Positions 1 to 13,087 of a DNA stretch of 64,000 bases are shown here, piece after piece (the stretch's first letter is position 1; each line of letters begins with the position of its first letter). Under the pieces are notes generated by a model. The model had not been told where the DNA came from. It saw only the letters and a program-made list of their open reading frames with translations, and made no database searches. Source of the stretch: Somniosus microcephalus (taxonomy: Eukaryota). The position numbers were made by a program, and so were the translations under genes. The stretch spans positions 44,144,001 to 44,208,000 of the forward strand of contig CM126215.1 in NCBI GenBank assembly GCA_052327205.1, given 5' to 3'.

Positions 1-3000
1 CTCTATCCTGGGGGGGGGGAACATCCTCTATCCTGGGGGGGCGGGAACATCCTCCATCCCGGGGGGGGAAACATCCTCTGAACATCCTCTATCCCTGGGG
101 GGGGGGAAAACATCCTCTATCCCGGGGTGGGGGGGAACATAACATCCTCTCTCCCGGGGGTGGGGGGGAGAAACGTCCTCTATCCCAGGGGGGGTTGGGG
201 GGGGGGAAACATCCTTTATCCCGGGGGGAGGGGAAACATCCTCTATCCTGGGGGGGGGGAAGCATTCCTCTATCCTGGGGGGGGAAACATCCTCTATCAC
301 GGGGGGGGGGGCAGAAACGTCCTCTATCCCCCGGGGGGGGGGAGCATCCTCTATCCCGGGGGGGCCAAACATCCTCTATCCCGGCGGGGGGGAAGCATCC
401 TCTAACCCGGGCGGGGGGGGGAGTATCCTCTATCCCGGGGGGGGGGGGAACATCCTCTATCCCGGGGGGGGGGGAACATCCTCTATCCCGGGGGGGGGAA
501 CATCCTCTATCCCGGGGGGGGGGAAAACATCCTCTATCCCGGGGGGGGGAACATCCTCTATCCCGGGGTGGGGGGGGGAAACATCCTTTATCCCGGTGGG
601 GGGGGAAACATCCTCTATCCCGGGGGGGGGGAAACATCCTCTATCCTGGGGGGGTGCAGAAACGTCCTCTATCCCCCGGGGGGGGGGGAGGGGGGGAACA
701 TCCTCTATCCCGGGGGGGGGGGGGAAACATCCTCTATCCCGTTGGGGGGGGAAGCGTCCTCTATCCCGGGGGGGTGGGGAACATTCTCTATCCCGGGGTC
801 GGGGGGGAACATCCTCTATCCCGCGGGGAGGGGGGGGAACATCCTCTATCCTGGGGGGGGAAACATCCTCTAAACATCCTCTATCCCGGGGGGGGGGGGA
901 AAACATCCTCTATCCCGGGGGGGCGCAAACATCCTCTATCCCGGGGGGGTAACATCCTCTATCCCAGGGGGGGGGGGAAGCATCCTCTATCCCGGGGGGG
1001 GAAAACATCCTCTATCCTGCAGGGAAGGGGGAACATCCTCTATCCCGGGGGGGAAACATCCTCTAAACATCCTCTATCCCTGGGGGGGGGGAAAACATCC
1101 TCTATCCTGGGGGGGGGGGAACATCCTCTATCTGGGGGGGCGGGAACATCCTCCATCCCGGGGGGGGGAAACATCCTCTGAACATCCTCTATCCCTGGGG
1201 GGGGGAAAACATCCTCTATCCCGGGGTGGGGGGGAACATAACATCCTCTCTCCCGCGGGTGGGGGGGAGAAACGTCCTCTATCCCAGGGGGGGTTGGGGG
1301 GGGGGAAACATCCTTTATCCCGGGGGGAGGGGAAACATCCTCTATCCTGGGGGGGGGGAAGGATTCCTCTATCCTGGGGGGGGAAACATCCTCTATCACG
1401 GGGGGGGGGGCAGAAACGTCCTCTATCCCCCGGGGGGGGGGGGAACATCCTCTATCCCGGGGGGGCCAAACATCCTCTATCCCGGGGGGGGGAAACATCC
1501 TCTAACCCGGGCGGGGGGGGGGAACATCCTCTATCCCGGGGGGGGGGGGGAACATCCTCTATCCCGGGGGGGGGGGGAACATCCTCTATCCTGGGGGGGG
1601 GGAACATCCTCTATCCCGGGGGGGGGGAAACATCCTCTATCCCGGGGGGGGGAACATCCTCTATCCCGGTGGGGGGGGAAACATCCTCTATCCCGGTGGG
1701 GGGCGGAACATCCTCTATCCCGGGGTGGGGGGGGGAAACATCCTCTATCCCGGTGGGGGGGAAACATCCTCTATCCCGGGGGGGGGAAACATCCTCTATC
1801 CTGGGGGGGTGCAGAAACGTCCTCTATCCCCCGGGGGGGGGGAGGGGGGGAACATCCTCTATCCCGGGGGGGGGGGGAAACATCCTCTATCCCGTTGGGG
1901 GGGGAAGCGTCCTCTATCCCGGGGGGGTGGGGAACATTCTCTATCCCGGGTCGGGGGGGAACATCCTCTATCCCGGGGGGGGCGGAAATATCATCTAGCC
2001 GGGGGGGGGGGAGGAACATCCTCTATCCTGTGGGGGGGAACATCCTCTATCCCGGGGGAGTGGAACATCCTCTTTCCCGGGGAGGGTGGAAACATCCTCT
2101 ATCCCGGGGGGGCGGGAAGCATCCTCTATCCCGGCCGGGGGGGAAGCATCCTCTATCCTGGGGTGGGGGGAATATCCTCTATCCCGGAGGGGGGGGAAAC
2201 ATCCTCTATCCGGGGGGCGGGGGGAAACATCCACTATCCGGGGGGGGGGAAACATCCTCTATCCCGGGAGCTGGGGGGGAAGCATCCTCTATCCCGGGAA
2301 GGGAAGCAGAAACATCCTCTATCCCGGGAGGGGGGAAACATCCTCTATTCCGGGGGGGGAACATCCTCTATCCGGGGGGGGGGGGAAGCATCCTCTATCC
2401 CGGGGGGGGTGTGGAAAACATCCTCTATCCCGGGGGGGGGGCAAACATCCTCTATCCCAGGGGGGGGAACATCCTCTATCCCAGGGGGGGGAACATCCTC
2501 TATCCTAGGCGGTGGGGGGGGGGAATGATCCTCTATCCCGGGGAGGGGGGGGGAACATCTTCTATCCCGGGGGGGTGGGGAACATCCTCTATCCCGGGGG
2601 GGGGAACATCCTCTATCCTGGGGGGGGGGATCATCCTCTATCCCGAGGGGGGGGAAACGTCCTCTATGCGGGAGGGGTGGTGAAACATCCTCTATCCCGG
2701 GGGCGGGGGGGGAACACCCTCTATCCCGGGGGGGGGGGAACATCCTCTATCCCGGGGGTGGGGGGGAACACCCTCTATCCCGGGGGGGGGGAAACGTCCT
2801 CTATTCCGGTGGGGGGCGATCATCCTCTATCCCGGGGGGGGGGAACATCCTCTATCCCGGGGGGGGGCGATCATCCTCTATCCCGGGGGGGGGAACATCC
2901 TCTATCCCGGGGGGGGGCGATCATCCTCTATCCCGGGGGGGGGAACATCCTCTATCCGGGGGGGGCGATCATCCTCTATCCGGGGGGGGGAGGAAACATC

Positions 3001-6000
3001 CTCTATCCCGAGGGGGGGGGAACCATCCTCTATCCCGGGGGGGGGAACATCCTCTATCCTGGGGGGGGGAACATCCTCTATCCCAGAGGGTGGAGAAACA
3101 TCCTCTATCCGAGGGGGAGGTCGGGGTGGAAACATCCTCTATCCCGGGGGGGGGGGGGAACATCCTCTCTCCCGGGGGGAGGGGGAAACATCCTCTATCC
3201 CGGGGGGGTGGGGGGGGCATACATCCTCTATCCCGGGGGGGTGGGGGGGGAAACATCCTCTATCCCGGGGTGCGGGGAGGGAAACAGCCTCTATCCCGGT
3301 GGGGGGGGCGGGAACAGTCCTCTATCCCGGGGGGGGGGAATGATCCTCTATCCCGGGAGGGGGAACATCCTCTATCCCGGGGTACATCCTCTATCTCGGG
3401 GGGGGGAAACGTCCTCTATCCCGGGGGGGTGGGGGACATCCTCTATCCTGGGGGGGTGGGGGGGAACATCCTCTATCCCGGGGGTGTGGGGAAACATCCT
3501 CTATTACGGGGGGGGGGGGAAACATCCTCTATCCCGGGGGTGGGGGGGAACATCCTCTATCCTGGGGGGGTGGTGGAAACATCCTCTATCCCGGGGGGGG
3601 ATACGTCCTCTATCCCGCGGGGGAGAACATCCTCTATCCCGCGGCGGGGGAACATACTCTATCCCGGGGGTGGGTGGGGGGAACATCCTCTATCCGGGGG
3701 GGGGGGAACATCTCTATACCGGGGGGGGAACATCCTCTATCCCGGGGGGGGGGAACATCCTCTATCCCGGGGGGGGGATCATCCTCTATCCGAGGGGGGG
3801 AAACGTCCTCTATGCCGGGAGCGGGGGGAGAAGCCTCCTCTATCCCGGGAAGGGAAGCAGAAACATCCTCTATCCCGGGAGGGGGGAAAACATCCTCTAT
3901 TCCAGGGGGGGGAACATCCTCTATCCCGGGGGGGGGGGGAAGCATCCTCTATCCCGGGGGGTGTGTGGAAAACATCCTCTATCCTGGGGGGGGGCAAACA
4001 TCCTCTATCCCAGGGGGGGGAACATCCTCTATCCCAGGGGGGGGAACATCCTCTATCCTAGGCGGTGGGGGGGGGAATGATCCTCTATCCCGGGGAGGGG
4101 GGGGGAACATCTTCTATCCCGGGGGGTGGGGAACATCCTCTATCCTGGGGGGGGGAAACGTCCTCTATGCCGGGAGGGGTGGTGAAACATCCTCTATCCG
4201 GGGGCGGGGGGGAACACCCTCTATCCCGGGGGGGGGGAACATCCTCTATCCCGGGGGTGGGGGGAACACCCTCTATCCCGGGGGGGGGGGAAACGTCCTC
4301 TATTCCGGTGGGGGGCGATCATCCTCTATCCCGGGGGTGGGGAACATCCTCTATCCGGGGGGGGGCGATCATCCTCTATCCCGGGGGGGGGAACATCCTC
4401 TATCCGGGGGGGGCGATCATCCTCTATCCCGGGGGGGGGAACATCCTCTATCCGGGGGGGGCGATCATCCTCTATCCCGGGGGGGGGAGGAAACATCCTC
4501 TATCCCGAGGGGGGGGGAACCATCCTCTATCCCGGGGGGGGGAACATCCTCTATCCTGGGGGGGGAACATCCTCTATCCCAGAGGGTGGAGAAACATCCT
4601 CTATCCCGAGGGGGAGGTCGGGGTGGAAACATCCTCTATCCCGGGGGGGGGGGGGGAACATCCTCTCTCCCGGGGGGGAGGGGGGAAACATCCTCTATCC
4701 CGGGGGGGGGAACATCCTCTATCCTGGGGGGGGGGAACATCCTCTATCCCAGAGGGTGGAGAAACATCCTCTATCCCGAGGGGGAGGTCGGGGTGGAAAC
4801 ATCCTCTATCCCGGGGGGGGGGGGGAAACATCCTCTCTCCGGGGGGAGGGGGAAACATCCTCTATCCCGGGGGGGCGGGGGGGGCATACATCCTCTATCC
4901 TGGGGCGGGGGGGGGAAACATCCTCTATCCGGGGTGCGGGGAGGGAAACAGCCTCTATCCCGGTGGGGGGGGCGGGAACAGTCCTCTATCCCGGGGGGGG
5001 GGGGAATGATCCTCTATCCCAGGGGGGGGGAACATCCTCTATCCCGGGGTACATCCTCTATCTCGGGGGGGGGAAACGTCCTCTATCCCGGGGGGTGGGG
5101 GACATCCTCTATCCTGGGGGGGTGGGGGGGAACATCCTCTATCCCGGGGTTGTGGGGAAACATCCTCTATTACGGGGGGGGGAAACATCTCTATCCCGGG
5201 GGTGGGGGGGAACATCCTCTATCCTGGGGGTGGGGGGAACATCCTCTATCCTGGGGGGGGTGGAAACATCCTCTATCCCGGGGGGGGATACGTCCTCTAT
5301 CCCGCGGGGGAGAACATCCTCTATCCCGCGGCGGGGGAACATACTCTATCCCGGGGTGGGTGGGGGGAACATCCTCTATCCCGGGGGGGGGGGAACATCC
5401 TCTATACCGGGGGGGGAACATCCTCTATCCCGGGGGGCGGGGGGGAACATCCTCTATCCCGGGGGGTGGGGGGGAACATCCTCTATCCCGGGGGGGTGGG
5501 GTGACCATCCTCTATCCCGGGGGGGTGGGGGTGGGGAACATCCTCTATCCGGGCGGGGGGTGGAACATCCTCTATCCCGGCGGTGGGGGGAGCATCCTCT
5601 ATCCCGGCGGTGGGGGGAACATCCTCTATCCCGGGGGGGGGGGAACATCCTCTATCCCGGGGGGGGGTGGGAACACCCTCTATCCCGGGGCAGGGGGGAA
5701 CATCCTCTATCCCGGGGGGGGGAAACACCCTCTATCCCGGGGGGGGAAACATCCTCTATTCTGGGGGGGGCGGAATTATCCTCTATTCCGGGGGCGGGGG
5801 AATCATCCTCTAACCTGGGGTGGGGGAACATCCTCTATCCGGGGAGGGGGGGAATCATCCTCTATCCCGGGGGGGGGGGAAACGTCCTCTTTCCCGGGGG
5901 GATGGGGAAACATCCTCTATCCTGGGGGGGGGGGGAATGATCCTCTATCCGGGGAGGGGGGGGAACATCCTCTATCCCGGGGGGGGGGAAACGTCCTCTA

Positions 6001-7406
6001 TCCCGGGGGGGGGGAAACGTCCTCTATCCCGGGGGGATGGGGAAACATCATCTATGCCGGTGGGGGGGGGGAACATCCTCTATCCCGGGGGGGTGGGGTA
6101 ACATCCTCTATGCCGGTGGGGGGGGAACATCCTCTATCCCGGGGGCGGGGGGGATCATCCTCTATCCGGTGGGGGGGGAAACATCCTCTATCCCGAGGGG
6201 GGGGGGGCACCATCCTCTATCCCGGGGGGGGGGAACATCCTCTATCCCGGGGGGGGGGAAGACATCCTCTATCCGGGGGGGGCGGCGGGGAAGCATCCTC
6301 TATCCCGGGGGGGGGGGGTAATCCTCTATCCCGGGGGGGGAAACGTCCTCTATCCTGGGGGGGGGGGGCGGAAACATCCTCTATCCCGGGGGGGGGGAAT
6401 GATCCTCTATCCCGGGGGGGGAACATCCTCTATCCCGGGGTACATCCTCTATCTCGGGGGAGGAAACGTCCTCTATCCCGGGGGGGTGGGGGACATCCTC
6501 TATCCTGGGGGGGTGGGGGGGAACATCCTCTATCCCGGGGGTGTGGGGAAACATCCTCTATTACGGGCGGGGGGGGAAACATCCTCTATCCCGGGGGTGG
6601 GGGGGGAACATCCTCTATCCCGGGGTGGGGGGGGAATGATCCTCTATCCCGGGGGGGGGAACATCCTCTATCCCGGGGTACATCCTCTATCTCAGGGGGG
6701 GAAACGTCCTCTATCCCGGGGGGGTGGGGGACATCCTCTATCCTGGGGGGGTGGGGGGGAACATCCTCTATCCCGGGGTGTGGGGAAAACATCCTCTATT
6801 ACGGGGGGGGGAAACATCCTCTATCCCGGGGGTGGGGGGGGGAACATCCTCTATCCTGGGGGGGGTGGAAACATCCTCTATCCCGGGAGGGGATACGTCC
6901 TCTATCCCGCGGGGGAGAACATCCTCTATCCCGCGGCAGGGGAACATACTCTATCCCGGGGGGGGGTGGGGGGAACATCCTCTATCCCGGGGGGCGGGGG
7001 GGAACATCCTCTATCCCGGGGGATGGGGAAACATCCTCTATCCGAGGCGGGGGGGGGGGTGGGGAACATCCTCTATCCCGGGCGGGGGTTGGAACATCCT
7101 CTATCCCGGCGGTGGGGGGAGCATCCTCTATCCCGGGGGGGGGGGGAACATCCTCTATCCCGGGGGGGGTGGGAACATCCTCTATCCCGGGGCGGGGGGG
7201 AACATCCTCTATTCCGGGGGGGGGGAAACATCCTCCATCCCGGGGGGGGGTGGAAACATCCTCTATTCTGGGGGGGCGGAATTATTCTCTATTCCGGGGG
7301 CGGGGGAATCATCCTCTAACCCGGTGAGGGGCGGAATTATCCTCTATTCCGGGGGCGGGGGAATCATCCTCTAACCGGTGGGGGGGAAACATCCTCTATC
7401 CCGGGG
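1..7406. repeat. G-run satellite/minisatellite, unit approx. G(6-14)AAACATCCTCTATCCC (~22-25 bp); runs off the window start
   Basis: Hundreds of tandem copies of ACATCCTCTATCCC separated by variable G tracts; ends abruptly at ...ATCCCGGGG|CAGATAC. Confidence 0.98.
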
Positions 7407-7868
7407 CAGATACTTTGTGAAGGAGATAACAGTAGCAGCAGCATGGTAAGAGCAGGCAAACCACTCTTGTGTGCAGACAAATTCAACTTTGAGCAGCCCT
7501 AGAACTCAGCAGAAATCACTTAGATGTCAAAGCAATAATGCAGCTACTTAGCTGTGGCTCCTGCATGAGCTCTTTAACTAGCGGGGATTCTTTCACACCG
7601 GTTAACATCATCTTCTGCTGAGCGAGGTCAGCACAGGGCATCCGATTCACTGCAGCCTGCACTCAATGTTGCACGCTCACCCACATCAGGATCGCTCTCA
7701 TCTGTATGGTGCTGGTGTTCGAAAATCTCCCAAGCACCACCCCCCATACCGAGATAGCGCAGTGTGCACATCTTGGACGCCATTTTGGGACCTTGTAACC
7801 CCATTACATTTTAGAGCCGCATTCATGTTTTCAATTCCTCTATGCCGCTTTCTGCCGCTCCAACTTCC

Positions 7869-8313
7869 AGCACCCTCACCTCTGAGTCAGAAGGTTGTGG
7901 GTTCAAGTCCCACTCCAGAGACTTCAGCACAGAATCTAGGCTGACACTCCAGTGTAGTGCTGAGGGAGCACTGCACTGTCGGAGGTGTCGTCTTTCAGAT
8001 GAGATGTTAAACCGAGGCCCCGTCTGCTCTCTCAGGTGGACGTAAAAGATCCCATGGCACTATTTTGAAGAAGTGCAGGGGAGTTCTCCCCGGTGTCCTC
8101 GGCCCAATATTTATTCCTCAACTAACATCACTAAAACAGATTATCTAGTTATCACATTGCTGTTTGTGGGACCTTGCTGTGTGCAAATTGGCTGCCACAT
8201 TTTCTACATTACAACAGTGACTACAGTTCAAAAATATTTCATTGCTTGTAAAGCGCTTTTGGGATGTCCTGAGGTCGTGAAAGGCGCTGTATAAATACAA
8301 GTCTTTCTTTTTT
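7869..8313 (+). mobile_element. tRNA-derived Deu-domain SINE (SacSINE1/AmnSINE-like), 5' end clipped
   Basis: B-box GGTTCAAGTCCC at 7900-7911; Deu-like core GTCTTTCAGATGAGATGTTAAACCGAGGCCCC; L2-like tail AAAGGCGCTGTATAAATACAAGTCTTTCTTT. Confidence 0.8.
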
Positions 8314-8421
8314 CAAGGAGCAATGCATTATTTCAGCTTTCCATGTAGCTACAATGACCCGTTTTATAAAGAATGGAAACACTTGGGAATTACATAAAAT
8401 GTAATGAAATTTTAAAAATAC

Positions 8422-9190
8422 TGGGGGAGAAATTTAGTATCGCCCATTTTTGGCATTAATATCGGCCGGGCACAAGGTTTAGCGCCCGGCGCTAATTATC
8501 GCCTCCAACTGCAAAATTCGCCTCTATCGCCCCTGGAGGTGATTTGAGCACTAAATCAGGCGCTACACACCTGTCTTAAGGTGCAAACGTCAGGGAGCAA
8601 GGCGCTACCTCAGAACGCTACAGAAGCTCAGACGATGTCAGTTACCATGGAAGCCAGACAGACTGGCGCCATCCAGTTCTTAAAGGGGAGGGGCCATCTT
8701 GCTGACCAGCCACACCCTGCTCATTGCAGCCTTGAATGTCGTCCTGGAGAGACCTCAAAAGCAATTGTGTTGGAAACACTAATGGATAGTCCCAGGGAAA
8801 AGGCTCGGCGCTTAGGAACCTCAAAAGTGGTGCTGAGGGCCAAAACCCCTTAGAACAGCATTAAAACCAAATATTTTGCCAACAAGAAAAGCCAGGAAGC
8901 ACCCGTCTTTAAATAGCGCTCCTCCAGCCCTTTCCCCTTGAAAACGTTCCCCTCTACCTGTCGTTTCTAGCAGCAGGCGCTAAGGCAGGGGGCGCGACTC
9001 AATATCCAGTCCGGGGCGCTACCGGAGCATGGCAAGCTTGACGGATGTCACGATCTGCGGGCGCAGGAGATCGTGGCGGTAGTGTTTAGCGCTGCCGCAA
9101 AATGACTGGTCAATTTTGCAAGCGGCGGTAAAATCGCCACGCTCGGGCGCTAAGTTCCTAGCATCTCATTAGCGTCCCCCGGAGGGCAAG
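8422..9190. mobile_element. Probable non-autonomous DNA transposon (MITE-like) remnant
   Basis: CpG-rich island rich in GCGCTA/TAGCGC motifs, beginning GGGGGAGAAATT and similar in style to the TIR element at 33691; no matching right TIR found. Confidence 0.45.
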
Positions 9191-9615
9191 GTTACGTCTG
9201 CTTTATTTTGTTGTCTTCAGGAATTTCCTGAGGACATCCCATCTTCCTGCTTAAACAGTGGCTGCAACCCATTTCAAACCTTGGGTTGTCTTTGTGCAAT
9301 TGTGCACACCAACAGGACCCCGACACATTCGAACAGGAATGGTTTACACTGGGGGTATTGATGGCTGGAACTAATGCACAGTTCCATACAGAACTGCCCA
9401 TTAAATGAGCTACAACTGCCAGACCTAATTTGCAGTTTAAAATATTTGTTTATACAGTGCCACCAACTGACTACAGATAGAAACAGTCGCAGTTTCACGA
9501 AAACCTCTTCTGTGGCAGGAAGTATTTAAATTAGTGAAATGTAAGAATGTTCTTGTGAATTTGAGATGTAACTGATGTTGACAGTTTCAGTGGCACCCGT
9601 GTAGTTGAGCGTAAA

Positions 9616-9873
9616 TTTATTTTTATTCGTTCCTGGGATGTGGGCATCGCTGGCAAGGCCAGCATTTATTGCCCATCCCTAATTGCCCTCGAGAAGGTGA
9701 TGGTGAGCCACCTTCTTGAACCGCTGCAGTCCGTGTGGTGAAGGTACTCCCACAGTGCTGTTAGGGAGGGAGTTCCAGGATTTTGACCCAGCGACGATGA
9801 AGGATTGGCGATATACTTCTAAGTCAGGATGGTGTGTGACTGGGAGGGGAATTTGCAGGTGATGGTGTTCCCA
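9616..9873 (-). mobile_element. 3' end of a CR1/L2-group LINE
   Basis: Minus strand encodes ...SWNSLPNSTVGVPSPHGLQRFKKVAHHHLLEGN*, a typical LINE ORF2 C-terminus, followed by a short 3' UTR and an A-rich tail. Confidence 0.75.
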
Positions 9874-10419
9874 TTTTATTGTAATAATTTAACAACTGGA
9901 AATAAACAAAAGAAAAAGCTTGGAAATGGTTCTGGTGGATTTAAGAAATGGCTAGCACGATGAACATCTGATTGCATTATGTGTTACCCCTGGCACTGAA
10001 TGCTATCCCACAGACCCCAGCAACTAATGGAAAAAACATTATTCTCCTGTCAGCAAGCAGAGGCCAGGATTGCAGTAAGAACTTTCACACTCTATATTAA
10101 AGCCAGGCACAAATAAACTGGTCCCTCCACAATAACAACCTCAGCTACAAATGCTTTTTCAATCTTACAGACACTGCGAGCAGGAAGCTGCCATTTTCGA
10201 TATTCAGCTTGAACATGAACTACACGCAGAGCATCCCATAGACCTCAGAAACTGTAGTCGGTTTCTTTATTAAATCAACATCTTTTTTTGGAATTGTACA
10301 AGAAGCTCAGAGTGCTAGAAGTACTTCTGTCATGTTGGAAACAAGTGTTCCAGCCTGATCAATGATGTAGCAGGCAGGTGATGACAATACTGCTGAATAT
10401 GTCAAGATTACAGAATTGA

Positions 10420-10842
10420 TGATAGAATCACACAGCACAGAAAGAGGACATTCGGCCCATCGTGCCTGGGCCGGCTCTTGGAAAGAGCTATCCAATTAGT
10501 CCCACTCCCCCGCTCTTTCCCCATAGTCCTGCAAGTTTTTCTTTTTCAAGTATTTATCCAATTCCCTTTTGAAAGTTATTATTGAATCTGCTTCAGGCAG
10601 CGCATTCCAGATTATAACTCGTTGCATAATTTTTTTTCCCACTGTGTCTTTTGCCAATTACTTTAAATCTGTGCCCTCTGCCTACCGACCCTTCTGCCAG
10701 TCGAAACAGTTTCTCCTTATTTATTCTATCAAAACCATTCATGATTTTGAACCTCTATTAAATCTTCCCTTAACCTTCTCTGCTCTAAGGAGAACAATCC
10801 CAGCTTCTCCAGTCTCTCCACGTAACTGAAGTCCCTCATCCC
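10420..10842 (-). mobile_element. CR1 LINE 3' terminal fragment
   Basis: CR1 3' UTR (GATGGGCCGAATG...GATTCTAT on minus) and ORF2 end; breaks at GGGATGAGGGACTTCAG where the 40-bp satellite begins. Confidence 0.85.
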
Positions 10843-12600
10843 AGCTCCCTCCACATCACCTCCAGCTCTGCTCCTGTCTCCCAGCTCCCTCCACACCACC
10901 TCCAGCTCTACTCATGTCTCCCTATCTCCCTCCACCTCACCTCCAGCTCTACTCATGTCTCCCTATCTCCCTCCACCTCACCTCCATCTCTTGTCCTGTC
11001 TCCCAGCTCCCTCCACCTCACCTCCAGCTCTGCTCATGTCTCCCTATCTCCCTCCACCTCACCTCCAGCTCTACTCATGTCTCCCTATCTCCCTCCACCT
11101 CACCTCCATCTCTTGTCCTGTCTCCCAGCTCTCCCCACCTCACCTCCAGCTCTGCTCCTGTCTCCCTATCTCCCTCCACCTCACCTCCATCTCTTGTCCT
11201 GTCTCCCAGCTCCCTCCACACCACCTCCAGCTCTACTCATGTCTCCCTATCTCCCTCCACCTCACCTCCAGCTCTGCTCCTGTCTCCCTATCTCCCTCCA
11301 CATCACCTCCAGCTCTGCTCCTGTCTCCCAACTCCCGCCACCTCACCTCCAGCTCTACTCATGTCTCCCTATCTCCCTCCACCTCACCTCCAGCTCTGCT
11401 CCTGTCTCCCAACTCCCTCCACCTCACCTCCAGCTCTACTCATGTCTCCCTATCTCCCTCCACCTCACCTCCATCTCTTGTCCTGTCTCCCAGCTCCCTC
11501 CACCTCACCTCCAGCTCTGCTCCTGTCCCCCAGCTCCCTCCACCTCACCTCCAGCTCTGCTCCTGTCTCCCTATCTCCCTCCACCTCACCTCCATCTCTT
11601 GTCCTGTCTCCCAGCTCCCTCCACCTCACCTCCAGCTCTGCTCCTGTCCCCCAGCTCCCTCCACCTCACCTCCAGCTCTGCTCCTGTCCCCCAGCTCCCT
11701 CCACCTCACCTCCAGCTCTACTCATGTCTCCCTATCTCCCTCGACCTCACCTCCATCTCTTGTCCTGTCTCCCAGCTCCCTCCACCTCACCTCCAGCTCT
11801 GCTCCTGTCCCCCAGCTCCCTCCACCTCACCTCCAGCTCTACTCATGTCTCCCTATCTCCCTCCACCTCACCTCCATCTCTTGTCCTGTCTCCCAGCTCC
11901 CTCCACCTCACCTCCAGCTCTACTCATGTCTCCCTATCTCCCTCCACCTCACCTCCATCTCTTGTCCTGTCTCCCAGCTCCCTCCACATCACCTCCAGCT
12001 CTGCTCCTGTCTCCCTATCTCCCTCCACCTCACCTCCAGCTCTACTCATGTCTCCCTATCTCCCTCCACCTCACCTCCACCTGTCTCTCAGCTCCCTCCA
12101 CCTCACCTCCAGCTCTACTCATGTCTCCCTATCTCCCTCCACCTCACCTCCATCTCTTGTCCTGTCTCCCAGCTCCCTCCACCTCACCTCCAGCTCTACT
12201 CATGTCTCCCTATCTCCCTCCACCTCACCTCCATCTCTTGTCCTGTCTCCCAGCTCCCTCCACATCACCTCCAGCTCTGCTCCTGTCTCCCTATCTCCCT
12301 CCACATCACCTCCAGCTCTGCTCCTGTCTCCCTATCTCCCTCCACCTCACCTCCAGCTCTGCTCATGTCTCCCTATCTCCCTCCACCTCACCTCCATCTC
12401 TTGTCCTGTCTCCCAGCTCCCTCCACCTCACCTCCAGCTCTGCTCATGTCTCCCTATCTCCCTCCACCTCACCTCCACCTGTCTCCTATCTCCCTCCACA
12501 TCACCTCCAGCTCTGCTCCTGTCTCCCTATCTTCCTCCACCTCACCTCCAGCTCTGGTCCTGTCTCCCAACTCCCTCCACCTCACCTCCAGCTCTGCTCC
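10839..12600. repeat. 40-bp minisatellite, C-rich orientation (CCAGCTCCCTCCACCTCACCTCCAGCTCTGCTCCTGTCTC)
   Basis: About 43 tandem 40-41-bp units with a few alternating variants. Confidence 0.97.
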
Positions 12601-12856
12601 TATCGACCTAGCGCTCTCCACCTCAGGCCAGAATCCAAACTACTTGCTCACTCCCTCCCGGAAGTGACCGCAAGACCCAGATGGCATCAATTCCTCCCCC
12701 TTGCCAGCAGCCACAGGACCCAGACTTTGTTGCTCTCTTCCCGAGGGCACAAGCTCTGACCCATCTTTTTCTCCATGCCACAGGGTTCCCTTCACTCTTT
12801 CCTAGCTCAAGCTCACTTCTATTTCTACCCCATGTGTTTCTCTCATCTACAACCAT

Positions 12857-12915
12857 AACAACTTGCATTTATATAGCACTTTTAACGTAGTAAAATGTCC
12901 CAAAGCGCTTCACAG
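12857..12915 (-). mobile_element. SINE/L2-type 3' tail fragment
   Basis: ACAACTTGCATTTATATAGCAC...CCCAAAGCGCTTCACAG is the reverse complement of the tail type seen at 8245-8313. Confidence 0.6.
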
Positions 12916-12928
12916 AACCATTATGGAA

Positions 12929-13087
12929 CTTTATAAATAGAGATAGAGTAAAAGCATGGAAGTTATTTTAAACCTTTATAAATCACTGGTTAGGTCCCAG
13001 CTGGAGAATTGTGTCCAATTCTGGGCACCACACTTCAGGAAGGATGTCAAGGCCTCAGAGAGGGTGCCAAGGAGATTTACTAGATGG
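12929..13087 (+). mobile_element. CR1 ORF2 internal fragment
   Basis: Encodes LYKSLVRSQLENCVQFWAPHFRKDVKA...RFTR, nearly identical to 50845-50955. Confidence 0.85.

Noticed and set aside
1-7406. Long Gly/Pro-rich ORFs up to 1217 aa
   Set aside because: The repeat unit lacks stops in several frames; overlapping ORFs occur in all frames with no domain content.
7869-7920. tRNA gene
   Set aside because: Only a B-box within a SINE head; no cloverleaf.
9200-10270. Plus-strand exons after acceptor-like sites at ~9220 and ~10170
   Set aside because: Frames close quickly, no recognisable protein, no convincing donor.
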